A stretch of DNA of 64,000 nt. It comes from Gammaproteobacteria bacterium (lineage in GTDB: Bacteria; Cyanobacteriota; Vampirovibrionia; Vampirovibrionales; JAJTHC01). The stretch lies in contig JBEISK010000004.1 in NCBI GenBank assembly GCA_040375445.1, positions 2,115 through 66,114 of the forward strand, written 5' to 3'. Below are positions 7,479 through 14,844 of the stretch, in pieces. The notes under the pieces were generated by a model that had not been told where the DNA came from, did not search any database, and saw only the letters and a program-made list of their open reading frames with translations. Position 1 is the stretch's first letter; the number at the start of each line of letters is the position of its first letter. The position numbers and the translations under genes were made by a program.

Positions 7479-9031
7479 CCGATATTCAAGCACTGATTAA
7501 CCAGTCCCCACTAGAAACCGCTGAAACGGTTGAAGCATCCAAATGGGGAACACCAAGACCGATTCAAAGCGTTTTGCTCCCCGTGGATGACCTTGATTTA
7601 AGCCTCGTGCCTCATGAGGCACGGGCATGGCTTGAAGATGAAGCCGAACGACTACAAGTCAAACCTGACTTTATAGCGGTGTCCTTAATGGTCGTTTTAA
7701 GTAGCGTTATAGGCAGGCAAGTGGCGATTCGCCCCAAAGCAAAGGACGATTGGATCGTGGTGCCTAACTTATGGGGCATGATTATTGGCAGACCGTCCAG
7801 CTTTAAAAGCCCTAGCGTGGCAGGTGTTTTAAAACCTTTGAATCGCTTACAAGCTTTATCGATTCAAGAAAATGAACACGCTTTAAATGAGTTTCAAGCC
7901 CTTGAAAAACGAAAAGACTTGGAACGAAAAGTGTTGACGGACAAACTAAAACGAACCATGAAGGCAAACCCCGATACGGTGGATATAGAAGCCGAAACCC
8001 TCGTCATTGAAGAAAAATGCAAGCTCCCCCCTAAGCCTGCTTGCAAGCGTTATATCGCCAATGATATTACCGTTCAAAAGCTAGGGGAACTCTTGAGAGA
8101 CAATCCCAATGGCGTGCTGGTGTTTCGAGACGAACTTTCCGCCTTTTTACACAAGCTAGACAAAGAAGGACACGACCAAGACCGTAGCTTCTTCTTAGAA
8201 GCGTGGAACGGCACCAACAGCTATTCAGACGACACCATAAGCCGTGGCACGGTTTATATCGAATCGTGTTGTGTGTCTGTTTTTGGAGGCATACAACCCA
8301 CCGTGCTTGGCAAGTGGCTCGCCGATGCCATTCACCACACAGGCAAAGATGACGGCTTTATGCAACGCTTTCAGCTCATGGTCTACCCCGACCCCTTGCG
8401 AGAGATTCAAGGCGTGGATCGTTACCCGAATAAGCAAGCCCAAAAGACTTACTTTGAATTGGTGAAGCGTTTAAGCACGCTTTCCCCTGAACTTATTGGT
8501 TGCATTCAAGAAGAAGAGGAATTGCCTTATTTGAGATTCGCCCCTGAAGCCCAAGTGATTTTCGATGATTGGTATTTAGACTTAAGGCAAAGGCTTTCAA
8601 GCCCTGAAGGTGACAGCACCTTAGAAGCTCATTTTATGAAGTATTCGTCTTTAGTGCCGTCTTTGGCGTTGATTTGTCATTTGGCGAATGGACATCAAGG
8701 ACAGGTGTCGAAAGAAGCCTTGTTACAAGCCCTTGCATGGAGTGAATACCTTGCAAGCCATGCCAAGCGGATTTATGCACTAGGGCAGAATCATCATTTG
8801 ACGGTGGCTCATGCTTTGTTGAAACGTCTTAAGGCAAAAGAACTTCTGAATCCTTTTACCTTGCGAGAAATTAAGCGTAAGCACTGGCAAGGCATGAGCG
8901 AACCCAAAACGCTTGAAGAGGCGTTGGACACCTTAGAAGAGCATGGCTACTTGCGAAAAGAAGAGAATCGCCCTTTAATAGGTCGTCCGAGTGTTCAGTA
9001 TTACATCAATCCTATAGTGTTCGATAGATGA
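7475..9031 (+). CDS. DUF3987-type primase-associated helicase-like protein
   Basis: ATGA overlap with the primase gene. It is roughly 70 percent identical by eye to the C-terminal two thirds of 43849..46125, for example PRPIQSVLLPVDD, VVPNLWGM and CHLANG. Confidence 0.75.
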   Translation: MTDIQALINQSPLETAETVEASKWGTPRPIQSVLLPVDDLDLSLVPHEARAWLEDEAERLQVKPDFIAVSLMVVLSSVIGRQVAIRPKAKDDWIVVPNLWGMIIGRPSSFKSPSVAGVLKPLNRLQALSIQENEHALNEFQALEKRKDLERKVLTDKLKRTMKANPDTVDIEAETLVIEEKCKLPPKPACKRYIANDITVQKLGELLRDNPNGVLVFRDELSAFLHKLDKEGHDQDRSFFLEAWNGTNSYSDDTISRGTVYIESCCVSVFGGIQPTVLGKWLADAIHHTGKDDGFMQRFQLMVYPDPLREIQGVDRYPNKQAQKTYFELVKRLSTLSPELIGCIQEEEELPYLRFAPEAQVIFDDWYLDLRQRLSSPEGDSTLEAHFMKYSSLVPSLALICHLANGHQGQVSKEALLQALAWSEYLASHAKRIYALGQNHHLTVAHALLKRLKAKELLNPFTLREIKRKHWQGMSEPKTLEEALDTLEEHGYLRKEENRPLIGRPSVQYYINPIVFDR

Positions 9032-9185
9032 AACAGGCTATGAGGCTATTCTAGGAGCCTAGATTTTTTTGTGCGGGCGTGTAGTTGAGACCTACATAAC
9101 CAAACAAAAAAATCGTAGCGACAACGAAGAGACCATAGACGGTTTTATATAGCGGATACTATTAGTTTGTTGGGGGAAGAAGATC

Positions 9186-9593
9186 ATGGGTAAGTGGTTG
9201 CAAGCCTTGAAAGAAGAGCGTGCCAATTCGTATGTTTTAGAGGTGGAAACAAACGAAAAAAATAAAAACACACCCATGCACCCAGTGCCAAAAGTGTCAA
9301 AACCCCCTTTTGGCACTTTTGACACTTCCCCCCATAGTCCTTTTGAAAAAAATACACCTATTTCACCAACGGATGTTCACACGTTGATCCGCTATTTGAA
9401 GCCTAAAGGGTTTGTGTCCATGTACACGGTGGCGATAGGCTTAAACTGGCAGGTGGCTCGTGTGCAAGCGGTGGCTTTGCACCTGAAGCACCAGCTATGG
9501 CTCTTAGACGACAAGTCCTCCATTGCCCTCACTAGCTTGGCACGGCGTGATTGGGTGAAATCGAGATCTAAACTTTCGCAGGTTTCGCCATAG
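9186..9593 (+). CDS. conserved island protein, possible wHTH DNA-binding protein
   Basis: The residues from HPVPKV to TSLARR are nearly identical to 43503..43847. The C-terminal tail runs into the iteron-like repeat and may be spurious. Confidence 0.6.
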   Translation: MGKWLQALKEERANSYVLEVETNEKNKNTPMHPVPKVSKPPFGTFDTSPHSPFEKNTPISPTDVHTLIRYLKPKGFVSMYTVAIGLNWQVARVQAVALHLKHQLWLLDDKSSIALTSLARRDWVKSRSKLSQVSP

Positions 9594-9695
9594 GGGGGGG
9601 AGGGGCGAGGTAAAAACAATTTGAAAATATAGTGAAAACCGTATGTTGGGAACATTCACGCATCCGTGCTTGGGAAGTTTTGGGTAAAACCTAAT
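9570..9695. repeat. conserved noncoding module (iteron-like GCGAAACCTGCGAAAGT + G-rich/AT-rich block), copy in island 1
   Basis: The reverse complement of 9570-9590 matches the GCGAAACCTGCGAAAGTT repeats of island 2. Positions 9593-9690 align to the reverse complement of about 41480-41585. Confidence 0.7.
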
Positions 9696-9705
9696 TACTG
9701 CAAAA

Positions 9706-9790
9706 GTCAACCTATAAGTTGACAAAGTATTGTATTTTGTCAACTTATAGGTTACTATTAAATGATAAAAAAGAAACTTAAAGGTTGACA
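9706..9790 (+). promoter_or_regulatory. palindromic operator-like sites upstream of the HTH gene
   Basis: GTCAAC-CTATAA-GTTGAC at 9706-9723, GTCAAC-TTATAG-GTTAC at 9739-9755, a GGTTGAC half site at 9783-9789, and TTGACAAA...TTTGTCAA at 9719-9743. Confidence 0.5.
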
Positions 9791-9792
9791 AA

Positions 9793-10260
9793 ATGAAGTC
9801 TCGTTCCATTGAAGCCTGTCGACAACTCGACAAACGCTTCCAATCCATTAACGCAAGCACCCTATTTGAACGCCCTGTAAAGGGCTGGATTAAAGCCATT
9901 CGTGAAGCCTTAGGCATGACGCTCGAACAGCTTGGCAATCGCATGAAGGTGTCAAGGCAACAAGTCGGCTACTTAGAGCAAGACGAACTCAAAGGCAGTG
10001 TCACCCTTGCCACCATGGAACGCATCGCTAATGCCTTGGGGTGTCGATTCGTTTATGCGTTGATTCCTGAAACCAGCTTGCAAGACAAAGTCCATGCACA
10101 AGCACGACAAAAATCCCTTGCTTTGCTTGCACAAACCAGTCATAGCATGAATCTTGAAGCACAAGGCGTATTGCCTGAAGAACAAGAAGAACAGCTTCAA
10201 AGCCTGATCGATGACTTCCTAACAGGCAAGCCCTCTCGCTTGTGGGAGGATACAGAATGA
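9793..10260 (+). CDS. mobile mystery protein A (XRE-type HTH)
   Basis: HTH segment IREALGMTLEQLGNRMKVSRQQVGYLE. ATGA-coupled to a Fic gene, which is the arrangement of the TIGR02612/TIGR02613 pair. Confidence 0.75.
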   Translation: MKSRSIEACRQLDKRFQSINASTLFERPVKGWIKAIREALGMTLEQLGNRMKVSRQQVGYLEQDELKGSVTLATMERIANALGCRFVYALIPETSLQDKVHAQARQKSLALLAQTSHSMNLEAQGVLPEEQEEQLQSLIDDFLTGKPSRLWEDTE

Positions 10261-10844
10261 GCGATTTATTCCAAACCGATGATGCATCCACCCCTCTCAC
10301 TGAAGAAGAAAAAAGCGATTTAATTCCTTCTTACATCACGTTTAGAGATGAACTCAACGCCGTTGAGCAAAGCAACATTCTTGAAGCTGAACGTGCTTAT
10401 TTCATTCGCAAGCCTAAAACGATTTTAGAGATACACTTTCTTAAAAAGCTTCATAAACAGATGTTTGGTAACGTGTGGAAGTGGGCAGGCAATTTTCGTA
10501 AAACCGCTCGTAATATCGGGGTGGAAGCGTTTCGTATTCAAACGGAGCTAAAAAAGCTCGTGGATGATGTTCATTTTTGGATCGAGCAAGGCACTTACCC
10601 CCCTGATGAAATAGCGACTCGTTTTCATCATCGTTTGGTGTGGGTTCATCCGTTTCCTAATGGCAATGGTCGTCATGCTCGCTTGGCAACCGATTTGTTA
10701 TTGCGTCAACTCGGGCAGGCAAGATTCACGTGGGGAAGTGTCACCTTAACGTCTATGAATGACACTCGCACGACTTATGTACAAGCCCTTCAAAAGGCTG
10801 ACAAGGGAGATATTTCCGCCTTACTTGCTTTTGTGCGTTCTTAA
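10257..10844 (+). CDS. mobile mystery protein B (Fic-domain protein)
   Basis: Fic motif HPFPNGNGRHARL. The ATG at 10257 overlaps the TGA of the upstream gene. The track ORF begins 15 nt earlier. Confidence 0.8.
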   Translation: MSDLFQTDDASTPLTEEEKSDLIPSYITFRDELNAVEQSNILEAERAYFIRKPKTILEIHFLKKLHKQMFGNVWKWAGNFRKTARNIGVEAFRIQTELKKLVDDVHFWIEQGTYPPDEIATRFHHRLVWVHPFPNGNGRHARLATDLLLRQLGQARFTWGSVTLTSMNDTRTTYVQALQKADKGDISALLAFVRS

Positions 10845-11119
10845 GACCGTGAATCGTGGATGCCTTGCATCAAGAGCGTGGCTCGCAGGCGTTCTATTTG
10901 AGCTTCAATCGAATAGTAGCCATGCGTTAAATTGCCTTGCCTTTGGGCTTGCTTGCCTTCCACCGTTTTCGCCCCTGTGGATTTACCCCCGTGAAAACGA
11001 CACCGACCGTTCTTCATCGCAGGTTGAACACAAGGCAAACCGCTTCTTTTACTGGTGGCTCCGCATTGCTTAAAGGAGTGAAGTGTTTGGACAAGGGGTA
11101 GATCCTCATGTTTTCGCAT
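10841..11119 (-). CDS. HGGxSTG-motif protein
   Basis: CGATSKRSGLPCVQPAMKNGRCRFHGGKSTGAKT. Paralog of 41682..41963. The start was chosen at the Met that aligns with the paralog. Confidence 0.7.
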   Translation of the reverse strand: MRKHEDLPLVQTLHSFKQCGATSKRSGLPCVQPAMKNGRCRFHGGKSTGAKTVEGKQAQRQGNLTHGYYSIEAQIERLRATLLMQGIHDSRS

Positions 11120-11696
11120 GGACTCCCCCTCCCCCGATGTTGCCAATCATCGCTTGCCCGTGATTTTCAACGTTGAAATGTTGAACTTGAATCACTTGCT
11201 TGCCGTGGTTACGATACTTCACCAAGCTTTCGTTTAAGGTGGTAAAGGTCTTCAATAGCTTGGTGCTACGGTTGATTAAGGATTCCACATGACCAGCAGG
11301 TAATTGATCATTCAGACTACGACGCATCATCACCAAAGCAAGATGATTCACACTCACCATTTGAGAAGCCAACATCGTTTCGGTACTGTCATTGGCGGCA
11401 ATACCTCTCAATAGGGCAAGCCCTGCATTCATGTTATCTTCCCCCATAATCGCCACCAGTTGAGTAAGCACATAGTGATGCACATCATCATCCGCCACGC
11501 CAATGGTTTCAAGTAGTTGGGTGTAATGATCCACAATGTTGGCTTTTGGATTCTTCAGCTCGATCCCTCCTCCTTCCCCGACCTTTAGCTTGACGGGTTC
11601 CAAGTGGTTTCGTTCGAGGCGTTTAAACTTGGCTTTCCCTGCTTCGTCAAGAGAAGCGAGATCGGCTTTAGCTTTTTCAAGGGCATCTTTTTGCAT
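11106..11696 (-). CDS. conserved island protein, partner of the HGGxSTG protein
   Basis: Lies upstream of and overlaps the HGGxSTG gene. The C-terminal ...VQHFNVENHGQAMIGN resembles ...QQVNVNDGGQAVVTQ of 41967..42443. Confidence 0.6.
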   Translation of the reverse strand: MQKDALEKAKADLASLDEAGKAKFKRLERNHLEPVKLKVGEGGGIELKNPKANIVDHYTQLLETIGVADDDVHHYVLTQLVAIMGEDNMNAGLALLRGIAANDSTETMLASQMVSVNHLALVMMRRSLNDQLPAGHVESLINRSTKLLKTFTTLNESLVKYRNHGKQVIQVQHFNVENHGQAMIGNIGGGGVHAKT

Positions 11697-11738
11697 GGTA
11701 AGGACTCCTGTTTCTTTAGGCGACTTGCTTTAAAAGGA

Positions 11739-11768
11739 TTGACAACCACTCGCCGTTTTCTCTACAAT
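11739..11768 (+). promoter_or_regulatory. near-consensus sigma70 promoter reading out of island 1 into ORF X2
   Basis: TTGACA at 11739-11744, an 18-nt spacer, then TACAAT at 11763-11768. Confidence 0.55.
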
Positions 11769-11792
11769 ATGTTCGGAACTTGTCTACAATGT

Positions 11793-11840
11793 CCCATTTT
11801 TAGACCCACTCACCATTTTTTAGAACCTTGGGGATCTTAC
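11793..11840 (+). repeat. direct repeat DR-A copy 2
   Basis: CCCATTTTTAGACCCAC...TTTTTAGAACC...TTACA, matching 243-290. Confidence 0.8.
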
Positions 11841-11841
11841 A

Positions 11842-12489
11842 ATGCATGAGTCTGGTTACTATAAGATAAAATTAGATTCTTTAGCAAAAGAAATACTTGA
11901 AAAATCCACCCAACCACAACATAATTATGAGTCTTCTTATCTTGACTTGGAGTTTGATGTTTTTCTTGTCGCACATATCATAAATAAACTTTTAAATTGG
12001 GAAACAAAGCTTTCGGATGAGTTTGAAAAAGAACAATTTTCCTTAGAAAAGTTACCTCGTAAATCCTTAGAAGAATCAGGCAAGATAGATATTATGAATA
12101 ATAATCGATGGGATGAGTTTTACAATGCAGACAAAACACATAAAGAACAACGAAAGGCTTCTTTTATTTGTGACCAGTTAAGACATTCATTCATTTTTTA
12201 TATAACCTCAGAGCCAGTTATGACGGATAATCCTCTTAGTGAAAGCCATGTCTTTAAAGGTTTTGGGTTTAATTCAGACAAAACAAAAAACGAAGGTTTG
12301 TTTTACATCGAAATGAACGAATTTTTGAAAATGATAAATCTCGCTGTTTCTGATGCTATAATAAGTTCGGAATACCGTAGGAATCCTGAAACAGGTACAA
12401 TGCAGATTAAACAGACTCGTTTAAGTTTAAATCCTCGTGAAGTTGAAGAATGGATTAGAACAGGCGAAGAAAGGTTCTATGGACCATAA
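11842..12489 (+). CDS. orphan soluble protein (cassette ORF X2)
   Basis: ATG immediately after DR-A copy 2, with a GGGGA SD-like element inside the repeat. Visibly AT-rich. No recognisable motif. Confidence 0.55.
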   Translation: MHESGYYKIKLDSLAKEILEKSTQPQHNYESSYLDLEFDVFLVAHIINKLLNWETKLSDEFEKEQFSLEKLPRKSLEESGKIDIMNNNRWDEFYNADKTHKEQRKASFICDQLRHSFIFYITSEPVMTDNPLSESHVFKGFGFNSDKTKNEGLFYIEMNEFLKMINLAVSDAIISSEYRRNPETGTMQIKQTRLSLNPREVEEWIRTGEERFYGP

Positions 12490-12497
12490 ACAGCTGA

Positions 12498-12553
12498 TTT
12501 CATGTGTACTTATGATATTATACTCCAATATGCCTGTTTTTTTAGTTTAAATC
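12498..12553. repeat. direct repeat DR-B copy 2 (orphan recombinase promoter block)
   Basis: Matches 1121-1170 with a few substitutions and a 6-bp insertion. No recombinase codons follow it. Confidence 0.8.
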
Positions 12554-12612
12554 AAACATAAAAACAAGAGATGCCCCCGTAGAAGCATCCCTTGATCAAT
12601 TTAAGTCGGCGG

Positions 12613-12840
12613 CTATTCAGGATTAGAGCCGTTCGAACCCGAAGGGGTTTCGGGGTTTAAAAGACCCGAAAGAATTAAAAACGTCGGGGCCCAAAGTCCT
12701 ACAAAAATACCGAAACGCTCCGCATGGGCTTGAATTTCGGGTTGTTCGCCACCCGTGGTATACCAAATAACGATCGATCCTATAATAGAAGCGAATCCCA
12801 AAACGAAGCAGATTTTACTCAACATAGCAGATTTCATCAT
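12613..12840 (-). CDS. small two-TM membrane protein
   Basis: MMKSAMLSKICFVLGFASIIGSIVIWY...FGIFVGLWAPTFLILSGLL. The start was chosen at the internal MM of the track ORF. Confidence 0.45.
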   Translation of the reverse strand: MMKSAMLSKICFVLGFASIIGSIVIWYTTGGEQPEIQAHAERFGIFVGLWAPTFLILSGLLNPETPSGSNGSNPE

Positions 12841-12925
12841 ACAACATTCCTTTATTACATCTTCATACAACACAACATTGTACTTTGTTTATTATAGCAT
12901 ATGTAATAATATAAGGAACTAATGA

Positions 12926-13117
12926 TTATTTACTAGACCCAATGTAATTGTTGGAACCCTTGCTGATGATACGATTAAAGGTCTTGGTGGCAACGACATC
13001 CTCAATGGTGGAGCTGGTGATTCCGCGACGTTAAAATCAGGTTCTTTACAAGCGGCAACATTTGTCGCTCCTGTGGATGCAACCGTCTTGGTTTTGAACA
13101 CCTTGACACTTGTCTAG
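12926..13117 (+). pseudogene. start-less fragment with an RTX-type calcium-binding nonapeptide
   Basis: The frame is open from 12926 to the TAG at 13115 and reads ...TLADDTIKGLGGNDILNGGAGDS... It has no ATG/GTG/TTG start, and the track shows only an antisense ORF here. Confidence 0.3.
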
Positions 13118-13495
13118 TTTTCTAATTAAAACGATGAAAACAGGACTTATTTTTACGAGAAAGCCCTGTTTCTTTGTAACAATTGTGTAAATTAATATCA
13201 ACAATAAATGACGTTAAATTCGGCACTGCTTTCTCAGTACTAATGAAATAAGCTTAGAAAGAGTCTACTGGGATATTTTTTACAAGGGTGCTTTACAAAA
13301 TAAACCTTTACTTTTTTATTTTTTCTACTACACTCAGAATATGTTGTGCTTTCATAAATAATTGAAACCTCCCAATCTCAAAAGGGAGTCATCTATATTT
13401 TTTACTTTAGGCTCATATAAGGAGTTTTCACCATTTCTTTTAAAGATCTTCCCACTCTATACTCAGAAACGCGACCATGGGGTACTTTTTTTGTA

Positions 13496-13798
13496 TTGCA
13501 AGATGAAGCGCATTTCAAACTTAAAAGAATTGTGGTAGAGCCACAACAACGTTTAAGCTTACAAAAGCATCATAAGCGTGAAGAGCATTGGCTGGTGACT
13601 CGAGGCGAAGCTATTGTGACGGTTGGTGAGCAAGATCACCCCGTAAAGCCAGGAACCTACATTCATATTCCAAAAGGGGCAGTGCATCGCATTAGCAACC
13701 CTTTTGAAACCTCTGTCGAGTTTATAGAAGTACAGTTAGGCGAGTACTTTGGTGAAGACGATATTATTCGCCTGCAAGACGACTACAACAGAGCATAA
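13496..13798 (+). CDS. cupin-domain protein (mannose-6-phosphate isomerase type II C-terminal-like)
   Basis: Similar to the C-terminus of the manC product (RPWG..., QKHHKREEHW, IPKGAVHRISNP, EDDIIRLQDDY). The frame is open back to 13421 with AAGGAG at 13419-13424, so the true start is probably upstream. Confidence 0.7.
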   Translation: MQDEAHFKLKRIVVEPQQRLSLQKHHKREEHWLVTRGEAIVTVGEQDHPVKPGTYIHIPKGAVHRISNPFETSVEFIEVQLGEYFGEDDIIRLQDDYNRA

Positions 13799-13874
13799 AA
13801 CCATGATAGGGACATCCATCTCATCTCTACAATTGAATAGGGTCTGTTAAACTTTAGACTAGCTTCTTGCTTTT

Positions 13875-14729
13875 TTACGACGTGTGTTTGTTCTTGACCC
13901 CTAGGGCGTGACAAATCCCGTACACCAAATCACTACGATTGAGCGTATAAAAATGGAAATGTTCAACGCTTTCTTTTTGCAAGGCTTCGCACAATTTAAT
14001 GGCTTCGCTACTGGCAATTAAGCGTCGGGTGTCGGGGTCTTCATCCAAGCCGTCAAACAAATCCACCAAGCGTTGAGGCAATTGGGCACCGCACATCTTC
14101 GCAAACTTTAGGGTCTGTTTTACATTACTTATGGGTAAAATACCTGGTAAAATAGGGACCGTAATGCCTTTGCCGTGACACAGATCCCGAAAACGTAAGA
14201 ATGTTTCGGCTTCAAAGAAAAATTGCGTCATAATGGAAGCTACGCCTAAGTCCACCTTGGCTTTGAGAAAGTCAATATCAACATTCAAATCCACCGCTTC
14301 AGGATGCCCTTCAGGATAGCCCGCCACAGAAACCTCAAAGCCACCTATGGCATGAATGTCCTGAATCAAATCGCTCGCGTGTTGATAGTCCTTCAGAGCG
14401 TCTTCGGGGGATTGATCCTTGGGAATGTCGCCTCTTAACGCGACGATGTGTGAAACGCCTAATGCTTTATAGCGCGCTAAAATAGCGTAAATATCCGCCT
14501 TGCTAGAACCCACACAGGTCAGATGAGCCGCTGGTTTAAGGGCTGTTTCTTGTAATATTTTAGCCACCGTGTCGTGTGTACGTTCACGAGTGGAACCGCC
14601 CGCTCCGTAAGTAACACTCACAAAATCGGGGTTGAGGGGGGCTAGTTTTTGGATGCTTTCCCATAATTTTTCATTCGCTTCAGGCGTATTGGGAGGAAAA
14701 AACTCAAAACTCACATGGGGTTTGGGCAT
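13875..14729 (-). CDS. metF: 5,10-methylenetetrahydrofolate reductase
   Basis: FEFFPP...VSVTYGAGGSTRERT... with overall MetF-like layout and length. Confidence 0.85.
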   Translation of the reverse strand: MPKPHVSFEFFPPNTPEANEKLWESIQKLAPLNPDFVSVTYGAGGSTRERTHDTVAKILQETALKPAAHLTCVGSSKADIYAILARYKALGVSHIVALRGDIPKDQSPEDALKDYQHASDLIQDIHAIGGFEVSVAGYPEGHPEAVDLNVDIDFLKAKVDLGVASIMTQFFFEAETFLRFRDLCHGKGITVPILPGILPISNVKQTLKFAKMCGAQLPQRLVDLFDGLDEDPDTRRLIASSEAIKLCEALQKESVEHFHFYTLNRSDLVYGICHALGVKNKHTS

Positions 14730-14844
14730 AATTAAAGGATTCTTTCTATTTTTTGCATCAGCTTATTCATTTTAGCATCCGCAAAATAGGATTCAATTAG
14801 TTTTGTTTTTGATATAATAGCGAAAATCGTTTAAGCTTGAGGAT

